From an uncultured bacterium (GTDB taxonomy: Bacteria > Krumholzibacteriota > Krumholzibacteriia > LZORAL124-64-63): a DNA stretch of 64,000 nt. Made by a program: the position numbers and the translations under genes. Position 1 is the stretch's first letter; each line of letters begins with the position of its first letter. Of this stretch, positions 23,569 through 31,262 are shown piece after piece. Below the pieces are notes generated by a model, which saw only the letters and a list, made by a program, of their open reading frames with translations, searched no databases and was not told where the DNA came from. Location of the stretch: the NCBI GenBank assembly GCA_963727525.1, contig CAVSGO010000002.1:128001-192000 (forward strand). Direction: 5' to 3'.

Positions 23569-24456
23569 ATGGAAGAAAGACTCGAACCAAGACCCGAGCC
23601 ATGGACTGGCTTCATCGTCGAGTTTCCGACGCTCCACAAGACCATGACCCATGGTCGCGAAGAGAGTCAGAAGCTCCTGTTCCTGTGCCCTTCGACGGAA
23701 AGCAATGCCACCGAACTGTGTCTTGCACTCTTCGGGCGCCAGATCGTGATGCAGCGCCTGAAGGCAGGGGAGGCTCCTGCGTCCCTGTCGGGCGCTCGAT
23801 TCGTGTTCGTCTATGCCCACCAGGTCCCTGCCGACCTCGCCGGCATCCTGACCCCTTACGCGGGGCTCGTGGATGTCCCGGTGGTGGTCACCCACAAGGG
23901 GAACGTGGTGCGTTCGGCGCGCATGGTCAGTGAGGCACTGAGTCGACCGGCTCTGCCCGTGAATTCGAAGCCATGGGAACCGCGCGACGCGGCGGCCGAC
24001 CGCAGCATGTCGCTCGAGCCGGAAGCGAGCAGACCCGCACGTGACGACGCGCTCTGGTCGGAACCGTTGCCGCGCATCGACCTCATCGACGAGGACGGGA
24101 ATCTCGTGGTCGCCGCGACCGACCTGCAGGACTACAGGGCGGAGTACGCCTGCCGCTACGTGCTGGCGCATTTCCAGGAGAACATCAACCGCGACAAGAT
24201 GGCCGAGATGGTCAATCTCTCTCCCGGTTACTTCTCCAACCTGTTCCGGGCCGAGGTGGGAATGAGCTTCAGCGACTACCTCATCCAGGTACGCATCGAG
24301 AATGCGAAGAGCTTGCTGCGGCGCTTCGAGCTGTCCGTCGAGGCGATCAGCAAGCGTTGCGGCTTCAACAGCCTGGCGCACTTCTCGCGCACCTTCAAGG
24401 ATCGGTGCGGATTGTCGCCGTTGAAGTACCGCAAGAGTCCGCACCTGGTGAATTGA
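23569..24456 (+). CDS. AraC family transcriptional regulator
   Basis: C-terminal double HTH 'MAEMVNLSPGYFSNLFRAEVGMSFSDYL...RIENAKSLL...CGFNSLAHFSRTFK..G.SP.KYRK'. Confidence 0.92.
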   Translation: MEERLEPRPEPWTGFIVEFPTLHKTMTHGREESQKLLFLCPSTESNATELCLALFGRQIVMQRLKAGEAPASLSGARFVFVYAHQVPADLAGILTPYAGLVDVPVVVTHKGNVVRSARMVSEALSRPALPVNSKPWEPRDAAADRSMSLEPEASRPARDDALWSEPLPRIDLIDEDGNLVVAATDLQDYRAEYACRYVLAHFQENINRDKMAEMVNLSPGYFSNLFRAEVGMSFSDYLIQVRIENAKSLLRRFELSVEAISKRCGFNSLAHFSRTFKDRCGLSPLKYRKSPHLVN

Positions 24457-24488
24457 GCCCGCACCTGGTGAATTGAGTCCGCATCTGG
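24435..24488 (+). repeat. 20-bp tandem direct repeat, ~2.7 copies
   Basis: GAGTCCGCACCTGGTGAATT / GAGCCCGCACCTGGTGAATT / GAGTCCGCATCTGG, spanning the araC stop codon. Confidence 0.9.
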
Positions 24489-24499
24489 CTCGTGTTCCT

Positions 24500-24526
24500 G
24501 GCCCCTCCCCGCGGAGGGGCCTTTTC
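24500..24526 (+). terminator. Intrinsic terminator after araC-family gene
   Basis: GGCCCCTCC-CCGC-GGAGGGGCC followed by TTTT. Confidence 0.75.
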
Positions 24527-24600
24527 GTGTCCCCTCGCCCGGCGTACATTGGGGGCTGCCTGGCAGACCGCCGGATCGGCGAGGAGAATCCCGGAACGCA

Positions 24601-26556
24601 ATGGCACTGATGACGCTCACCGACGCCCGCTTCGACTACGGGCGCGAGAAGATCCTCGACGGCGTGGGCCTCTCGCTCCACGCCGGTTGCCGGTATGCCC
24701 TCGTGGGCCCGAACGGCGCGGGCAAGACAACCTTGCTGGCGATCCTGGCCGGGGAGGCGGCGCTGCAGGGCGGACAGCGCCAGACCATGGGTGGCCTGCG
24801 CATGCGCCAGCTCCGCCAGGAGAGCGTTCTGGGCCTGGACGACGAGGATTCCCGGGTGCTGCGCGAAGCCGTGCGCGCCACCGCCTTCGGTCGCGAACTC
24901 GCCCTGCAGGCCGAGCTCGAGGAAGTGGGGCGCGCCCTCGTCACGGCCGCATTCGATGAGCAGGCCGAGCTGGTGCGCCGCCAGGGACACCTGCAATCCG
25001 AGTTCGAGCGCCTCGACGGCTACACCCTCGACGCCCGCCTCGAGTCGGCTCTGCTGGGCGTCGGACTGCCGGCGTCGACGTGGGATCGTCCGCTGGGCCG
25101 ACTCTCCGGCGGGGAGCGGCGGCGGGCTGCCCTGGCCGCCACGCTTCTCGGCGAAGCCGACCTGCTCCTGCTCGATGAGCCGACCAACCATCTCGATCTC
25201 GAGAGCTGCGAGTGGCTGGAGGGTTTTCTCCGGCAGTCCCCGGCGTCCATGGTGATGGTGAGTCACGATCGCTATTTTCTCGACCGCGTCGCCGAACGGA
25301 CGCTGCACCTTGAGAGCGGGCGCCTCGCCGATTACGCCGGCAACTACACAGTGTTCCTGCAGCTCAGTCGCGAGCGACGCCAGCAGGAACTTGCGGCCTG
25401 GCAACGGCAACAGGACCAGATCCGCCAGACCGAGGCGTTCATCCGCAAGAACATCGAGGGCCAGAAGACGAAGCAGGCGCAATCGCGCCGCAAGGCGCTG
25501 GCGCGCCTCGACAGGGTTGACCGGCCGGTTGCCGAGCACGGTCTCTACCGGTTCGACCTCAACGCCGAGCGCACGAGCGGCGGCACCGTACTGCAGGCCG
25601 AGGGGCTCGCAAAGTCCTATGGAGAGAGGACGCTCTTCGCGGATCTCGATCTCCTCGTCGTGCGGGGCGAACGCGTCGGCATCCTCGGGCCCAATGGTTG
25701 CGGCAAGTCCACGCTCCTGCATGTGATGGCAGGACAGATCTCTCCCGACCGCGGCCGCGTGGTGCGCGGCATGAATGTCGATCTCGGGGTGTACGATCAG
25801 AACCTGCAGCTCGTCAGCGACCTCAACACCGTGATCGGCGAGATGCAGGCCGTCGACCCCGGCGCCACGCTCGGTGAGCTGCGCAGCTTCCTGGGCGCGT
25901 TCGGCTTCGGCGAGGATCTCTACGACCGCTCGGTGGCCCAGCTCTCCGGCGGAGAACGTGGACGGCTGGCGCTGCTGCGCCTCATCAAGGAAGGCCACAA
26001 CACGCTGCTCCTGGACGAGCCCACGAATCATCTTGACGTGCGCAGCCGCGAGTCGCTCGAGGCGGCGCTGAAGGACTTCGAGGGCACGATCATCGTCGTC
26101 AGCCACGACCGGCGCTTCCTCGACACGATCGTCGAGCGCCTCATCGTGTTTCCGCCCTCGGGAACGGCCGCCCCGGTACGCCTCTTCCTCGGCACCTACG
26201 GCGACCTCGTGCGCAGCCGGGCCGCGGCGCCGGTGCTGGCCGCACCCGTGGTGCCCGCTTCGCGCCCCGCGTCAGCCGAACCGTCGCCACCAACAACGCA
26301 GTCGCTCAGCAAGAACGCTCTGGCCCGACGGCGCAGCTGGGTCGCCGAGGTCGAGGCCGAGATCGCTGCGCTCGAGGACGAACGCAACGCCGTATTCCTC
26401 GCGATGGCGCGTGGCGACCTCGACGGCGAGCAACGCCGACGACTCGCCGCGCGCAGCGAGGAGATCGACGAGGCGCTCGCCGGCGCGATGGCGCGCTGGG
26501 AGACCTGGCAGGAAGAACTCGTGACGGGACAGGCTTCGCTGGAGGTGTCGGATTGA
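24601..26556 (+). CDS. ABC-F family ribosome-associated ATPase (YheS/YdiF/Uup-like)
   Basis: Two NBDs ('GPNGAGKTT', 'LSGGERRR', 'LDEPTNHLD'; 'GPNGCGKST', 'LSGGERGR'), inter-domain linker 'YAGNY...', C-terminal coiled coil, no TM segments. Confidence 0.95.
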   Translation: MALMTLTDARFDYGREKILDGVGLSLHAGCRYALVGPNGAGKTTLLAILAGEAALQGGQRQTMGGLRMRQLRQESVLGLDDEDSRVLREAVRATAFGRELALQAELEEVGRALVTAAFDEQAELVRRQGHLQSEFERLDGYTLDARLESALLGVGLPASTWDRPLGRLSGGERRRAALAATLLGEADLLLLDEPTNHLDLESCEWLEGFLRQSPASMVMVSHDRYFLDRVAERTLHLESGRLADYAGNYTVFLQLSRERRQQELAAWQRQQDQIRQTEAFIRKNIEGQKTKQAQSRRKALARLDRVDRPVAEHGLYRFDLNAERTSGGTVLQAEGLAKSYGERTLFADLDLLVVRGERVGILGPNGCGKSTLLHVMAGQISPDRGRVVRGMNVDLGVYDQNLQLVSDLNTVIGEMQAVDPGATLGELRSFLGAFGFGEDLYDRSVAQLSGGERGRLALLRLIKEGHNTLLLDEPTNHLDVRSRESLEAALKDFEGTIIVVSHDRRFLDTIVERLIVFPPSGTAAPVRLFLGTYGDLVRSRAAAPVLAAPVVPASRPASAEPSPPTTQSLSKNALARRRSWVAEVEAEIAALEDERNAVFLAMARGDLDGEQRRRLAARSEEIDEALAGAMARWETWQEELVTGQASLEVSD

Positions 26557-27875
26557 GCGCTGAACATCGTCGCGGTGAACCTCATGTCACCGCATCGCCC
26601 CTCGAGAAGGTCGTGCTCATGGGCGTGGATCTGCCCGATAGCTTCGACGGGCTCGTGGGCGGGCCGGCCGATACCGAGGAGCTGGCGCGATTGGTCGACA
26701 CGGCGGGCGGGCGCGTGGTCGGGTTGCTGCACCAGAAGCTCCCGCACCCCACGGCGAGCCTCTACATCGGCAAGGGCAAGCTCGAGGAATTGCAGGAGCT
26801 GGTGGAGGAGCAGGAGGCCGATCTCGTCGTCTTCGACAATGACCTCTCCCCCTCGCAGGGCCGCAATCTGCAGAAGGCCCTGGGCGAGGACGTCCGGATC
26901 CTCGATCGCACCGAGCTGATCCTCGACATCTTCGCGCGCCACGCGCGCACCAGGCAGGCGAGCCTGCAGGTCGAGCTGGCCCAGCTCCAGTACCTGCGCC
27001 CGCGTCTGACGCGCATGTGGCGCCATCTCGAGCGGCAGGAAGGCGCCATCGGGACGCGCGGCCCCGGCGAGACGCAGCTCGAGACCGATCGTCGCCTCAT
27101 CGATCGCCGACTCGCGGTGCTGCGGCGTGAACTGAAGGAGATCCAGAACGAGCGGCAGGTGCAGACGGCGACCCGCGCCGGCACATACCGCGTGGCTCTG
27201 GTGGGCTACACCAATGCGGGCAAGTCGACCCTGATGAACGCCATCACCGGTGCCGGTGTCCTCGTGCAGGATCAGCTCTTCGCCACCCTCGATGCCACGA
27301 CGCGACGGGTGGAAGTCGATGAACGCCGCAGCTTCGTGATCACGGACACGGTGGGATTCATCCGCCGGCTGCCGCATCATCTCGTGGAGAGCTTCCGTGC
27401 CACGCTGCAGGAGGTGGCCGAGGCCGACATCCTGCTGCACGTCGTCGACTCCGGCGGCCGTGAACCGGAGCAACAGATGGCGGCCGTGGAGCGAGTGCTT
27501 GCGGATCTGGGCACACGCGACAAGCCCACCCTCCTGGTTTTCAACAAGATGGACACCGTCGCGCAGCCGGAACTTGTGGCCAACGGCCCCGGACGCCATC
27601 ACCCCGAAGCCCTCTACGTGAGCGCCCTGGCCCCCGCCGGTGGCGAGTCGGTGCGCACCGCCATCGTCGATCGGCTGCGGCAGCAGGAAAAGGTGTTCCG
27701 CTTCCGGTTGCCCGCGAACAAGGTCCACCTCTTCGGGTCCTGGCACCGCACCGGTGATGTGCTCGAGCAGGCGTACGCCGACGGCACCTGCACGCTGGCC
27801 GTGCGCATGCGCGAGGAGGAAGGCCGGCGGCTGCTCGCCTATCATCGCGAGGTGCGGGAGGTGACGACCTCGTGA
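26553..27875 (+). CDS. hflX: Ribosome-splitting GTPase HflX
   Basis: 'YIGKGK', 'DRTELILDIFA', 'LQVELAQL.Y..PRL', 'RGPGETQLE.DRR', 'VGYTNAGKSTL', 'LFATLD', 'DTVGFI', 'NK.D'. Confidence 0.97.
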   Translation: MSAEHRRGEPHVTASPLEKVVLMGVDLPDSFDGLVGGPADTEELARLVDTAGGRVVGLLHQKLPHPTASLYIGKGKLEELQELVEEQEADLVVFDNDLSPSQGRNLQKALGEDVRILDRTELILDIFARHARTRQASLQVELAQLQYLRPRLTRMWRHLERQEGAIGTRGPGETQLETDRRLIDRRLAVLRRELKEIQNERQVQTATRAGTYRVALVGYTNAGKSTLMNAITGAGVLVQDQLFATLDATTRRVEVDERRSFVITDTVGFIRRLPHHLVESFRATLQEVAEADILLHVVDSGGREPEQQMAAVERVLADLGTRDKPTLLVFNKMDTVAQPELVANGPGRHHPEALYVSALAPAGGESVRTAIVDRLRQQEKVFRFRLPANKVHLFGSWHRTGDVLEQAYADGTCTLAVRMREEEGRRLLAYHREVREVTTS

Positions 27876-29221
27876 GCCGCTTCGGCCCCCTGCTGCGGCA
27901 CCGCGACTTCCGCGCCGTCTGGGCCGCGGCGGTGGTCTCCGGTTTCGGGGATCGTGTCGCGACCATCGCGATGTATCTCCTCATCTACAAGATGACGGGG
28001 CGGGCGGTGAACCTCGGCTTGCTCGTGGCGGCCCAGATCGTGCCCGCCATCGTACTGGGTCCCCTGTCCGGACTCGTGCTCGACCGATACAACCGCAAGA
28101 ACCTGATGGTCATGAGCGACCTGCTCGGCGCCCTTGTCGCGGCCACGCTGCCGCTTGCCGCCACGCCCGGACAGGTCTACATCCTCGCGGCCATGCTCTC
28201 CGCCGGCCGGCAGTTCACCGGTCCGGCGCGGCTGGCGCTCATGCCGGATATCCTGCCCGGCGACCAGCTGTCCGGCGCGAACTCCCTGCTCATGATCACC
28301 CGCAACCTCGTGCTCATGGTGGGGCCGGCGTTCGGGGGCGCGCTCGTGGCCTGGCACAGCTCCGACGTCGCATTCTGGGTCGATGCCGGCACGTTTCTCC
28401 TGTCGGCGGCCTTCCTCGTGTCGCGCCGTTTCACCTACCTCGCGTCGGCCACGCCCGCAAACCCGCCGGCAGAGAACGCAGCCGCGGCTCTCGTGGAGAC
28501 GCCGGTGGCAGAGCCGGCGCTCGCCGCGGCGCCCACCGCCGAGCGCGCCAGTGCCGGGTCCACGGGCAAGAGGCCGCTGGCGAGGATCAGGTCGCTGGTG
28601 TCCGAGGCCCACGTTGGCCTGCAGGTGGTCATGGCCAGCCCCGAGCTGCGCTTCGCCTTTGCGTTCTTCGCCTCGCTCACCTTCGTCACGGCCATGCAGC
28701 AGCCGCTCGTCGTCGTCTTCGTGAAGGAGACCCTGCGCAGCGGCGATATCTCGCTGGGTCTCATCGTCTCCGCGGCGGGCATGGGCGGCATCCTCGGGGC
28801 CGTGCTCGGGGGCGCACGCCTCGGCGACGGTCGGCCCCTTCGCACCGTGGTGGTGCTCACCGCGATCGACGGCTGCCTGCTCGTCGTGTTCGCGCTCAAT
28901 CGTTCGGTGTGGCTGGCGGCGGCACTCTTCGCGGTGTTCGGGGCCATCGGCACGCTGGCGCAGATCGCCCTGGCCACCTTCCTGCAGCGCGAGACCCCCG
29001 AAGCCAATCGCGGCCGTACCTTCGGCTGGTTGGGGACCTGCGTCGGGCCGCTGTCTCTCGTGTCGGTGTTTCTGGGGCCGTTCGCCTCCGAGGTCCTGGG
29101 CGTGGTCGCGGTGCTCGTCATCTCGGGCGCGTTCGAGATCGTGGTCGCAGTGGTCGGCGGCCTGCTGCTTCGCCGGCGGCAGCGCGGCCTGGAAATTGCA
29201 GATCCGGCACGCGGCAGCTGA
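27872..29221 (+). CDS. MFS transporter (MefA/DHA3-like)
   Basis: 'LRHRDFRAVW...SGFGD', motif A 'GLVLDRYNRK', ~12 hydrophobic segments, 'LQRETP...RGR'. Confidence 0.88.
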   Translation: MSRFGPLLRHRDFRAVWAAAVVSGFGDRVATIAMYLLIYKMTGRAVNLGLLVAAQIVPAIVLGPLSGLVLDRYNRKNLMVMSDLLGALVAATLPLAATPGQVYILAAMLSAGRQFTGPARLALMPDILPGDQLSGANSLLMITRNLVLMVGPAFGGALVAWHSSDVAFWVDAGTFLLSAAFLVSRRFTYLASATPANPPAENAAAALVETPVAEPALAAAPTAERASAGSTGKRPLARIRSLVSEAHVGLQVVMASPELRFAFAFFASLTFVTAMQQPLVVVFVKETLRSGDISLGLIVSAAGMGGILGAVLGGARLGDGRPLRTVVVLTAIDGCLLVVFALNRSVWLAAALFAVFGAIGTLAQIALATFLQRETPEANRGRTFGWLGTCVGPLSLVSVFLGPFASEVLGVVAVLVISGAFEIVVAVVGGLLLRRRQRGLEIADPARGS

Positions 29222-29343
29222 ATCCATCGTCGATCCGTGCAAATGAACACCGCGAGCCGATCGCCGGGTTGCAGCGTGCACGGCCCTTCGCCTACCTGTT
29301 CAAATTTCCTTTAAAAACAAACGAGTTATGGGTGGATCGTTTC

Positions 29344-29359
29344 CGGCATGGGCCTTGCT
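29344..29359 (+). promoter_or_regulatory. Putative sigma54 (-24/-12) promoter of the minor pilin operon
   Basis: CGGCATGGGCCTTGCT has GG-N10-GC spacing with TTGC, 50 bp before the first pilin ATG; AT-rich IHF-like tract just upstream (29301-29328). Confidence 0.65.
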
Positions 29360-29408
29360 GCCGCCGTTTCCGGTCATGGTATCCAGGAACCAGGAACGGA
29401 GGCCCGAC

Positions 29409-29831
29409 ATGCCTCGCCGCCACGCTGCCCAGGGTTTCTCCCTCGTCGAGATGATGATCGTCATCGGCCTGTTCGGCATGCTGGTGGCCATCTCGGTGCC
29501 GTCGTTGCAGGGCTACATGCGGTCCAACCGGCTCGACACGCAGAGCGACCGGCTCACGTCCGACCTCGCCCTCGCGCGGTCGTTCGCCGTGGCGCGCGGC
29601 CGCATCCTCCACTTCGCGGCCACGACGACCGGCTACACGATCACGGACACGGGGACGGCCGAGACCGTCCGCCAGCACAACTTCGACGGCGACGTGGCGC
29701 TGGCCGCCAACGTCGACGCGGACTTCTTCCCGTGGGGGGCCGCGTCGACGGCCACGCTCAGCATCACGAACGGGTGCGACACGCGCATCCTCAATCTCTT
29801 GCCCACGGGCATCGTGGAGGTGGGACCGTGA
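29409..29831 (+). CDS. Type IV minor pilin, FimT/GspH-like
   Basis: Class III signal 'QG|FSLVEMMIVIGLFGML...PSL', 'LTSDLALARS.AV'. Confidence 0.85.
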   Translation: MPRRHAAQGFSLVEMMIVIGLFGMLVAISVPSLQGYMRSNRLDTQSDRLTSDLALARSFAVARGRILHFAATTTGYTITDTGTAETVRQHNFDGDVALAANVDADFFPWGAASTATLSITNGCDTRILNLLPTGIVEVGP

Positions 29832-30172
29832 AGCGCAACGGATTCACCCTGGTCGAGGTCATGGTCGTGATGGTGATCCTGTCCATCGGCGTGCTGCCGT
29901 TGACGATCGTCCAGACCCGGTCGCGACAGGAAGTACAGGAGGCCGACCGCTACACGCAGGCCGTCACCGTTGCCCAGCAGCAGCTCGAGTGGTTGAAGGG
30001 GCAAGGCTTCGGCAATGCCGCGGCCGACTCGGGTACGACCGGTGGCGTGGTGTGGCGCACCTCCGTGGCGCAGGTGAGTTTTGGACTCGAACGGCTCGGC
30101 GTGGAGGTGTCTTTCCGTCAGGGAGCGTCGCCCGACACGCTTCGCATGGCCTGTCTCGTCTCGGTGCGCTGA
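29828..30172 (+). CDS. Type IV minor pilin, PilV-like
   Basis: GTG start; 'NG|FTLVEVMVVMVILSIGVL', 'A..VAQQQLE.LK'. Confidence 0.85.
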   Translation: MKRNGFTLVEVMVVMVILSIGVLPLTIVQTRSRQEVQEADRYTQAVTVAQQQLEWLKGQGFGNAAADSGTTGGVVWRTSVAQVSFGLERLGVEVSFRQGASPDTLRMACLVSVR

Positions 30173-30185
30173 AAGGAGCGTCGGT

Positions 30186-30782
30186 ATGCACATCCATTGG
30201 CGACAGAATGCACACCCGCGCGATCGCTGGGGCATGACACTGGTGGAACTGATGGTGTCCCTGGCCATCTTCGCCGTCATCACCACCGTCTTGATCGCAT
30301 TCCTCACGGGTTCGCGGCGCACCTACAACGACACGAGCGATAGGGCGAGCTACCAGCAGTCGCTGCGCGCGGTGTTCTCGCTGATGACGCGTGAGATCCG
30401 CTCAACCGGCTGCGATCCAAACCAGACCGGCGTGATCGATCGCTTCCTGGTGGCCGACGCGAACCAGATCCGCTGTCAGATGGACCTCGACGGCAATAGC
30501 GACGTGCTCGGCACATCGCCCGACGAGGATATCACCTACACGTACAATGCGGCTGCGGAGACCCTGCAACGCACCACCGCCTCTTCGACGCAGACCATCC
30601 TGCGCGGCGTGCAGTCGGTAACGTTCACGTACTTCGACGTTGACGGCAATCTCCTGGCGTCCGTTCCGCTGAGTCCGGGCGACCGCCAGCTCGTGCATTA
30701 CGTCGGCATCGCCATCGCGGGCGAGACCGGCCAGGGTGAACCCGTCACCTACTCGACCCGGGTCCTCGTGCGCAACGGTTGA
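30186..30782 (+). CDS. Type IV minor pilin, PilW-like
   Basis: 'WG|MTLVELMVSLAIF', 'QQSLR....LMTREIRSTG'. Confidence 0.85.
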   Translation: MHIHWRQNAHPRDRWGMTLVELMVSLAIFAVITTVLIAFLTGSRRTYNDTSDRASYQQSLRAVFSLMTREIRSTGCDPNQTGVIDRFLVADANQIRCQMDLDGNSDVLGTSPDEDITYTYNAAAETLQRTTASSTQTILRGVQSVTFTYFDVDGNLLASVPLSPGDRQLVHYVGIAIAGETGQGEPVTYSTRVLVRNG

Positions 30783-30806
30783 CTCGACCGGCGGAAAGGA
30801 ACGCCC

Positions 30807-31262
30807 ATGCTCGACCCACGGTGCCAGTATCCCCAGCGAGACGGCTTCGCCCTCGTGACGAGCTTGCTGGTGATCGTCGTACTCTCGCTGCTGGCGGTGG
30901 CCGCGGTGATGCTCTCGAGTACCGAGAAGCGTACGACCTTCGCCGAGTCCGTGCACTCGTCGGCGGTCTTCGCCGCCGACGCCGGCGGCGAGGCGGCCAT
31001 CAACTTCGTGCGGCTCTGTGATCGACCGCCGAACTACATCGACGCCACGGACAAGACCGTGCAGGCGGCCAGCGACCAGCCCATCGAGGGCTCCGCTGAA
31101 TACGACTACGACTGCCGCTATGTCAACCGCTCGCTCCGCGCGGGCTGGGACTTCAACTATCACGACTACAACTATCGGGTGGCCAGCAGCGGGCGCGCGT
31201 CCATCCAGGGCAACAGCGGTGTGCAGCTGATGGCGAGCCGCCTCTTCCGGGAGGGATACTGA
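30807..31262 (+). CDS. Type IV minor pilin, PilX-like
   Basis: 'DG|FALVTSLLVIVVLSLL' lacking Glu5 as is typical of PilX; 'AVFAADAG'. Confidence 0.82.
   Translation: MLDPRCQYPQRDGFALVTSLLVIVVLSLLAVAAVMLSSTEKRTTFAESVHSSAVFAADAGGEAAINFVRLCDRPPNYIDATDKTVQAASDQPIEGSAEYDYDCRYVNRSLRAGWDFNYHDYNYRVASSGRASIQGNSGVQLMASRLFREGY

Noticed and set aside
23473..26106. Long antisense ORFs (877 aa here; others opposite gyrB, clpB, feoB, hflX)
   Set aside because: They are shadow frames of well-conserved genes with no recognisable motifs.
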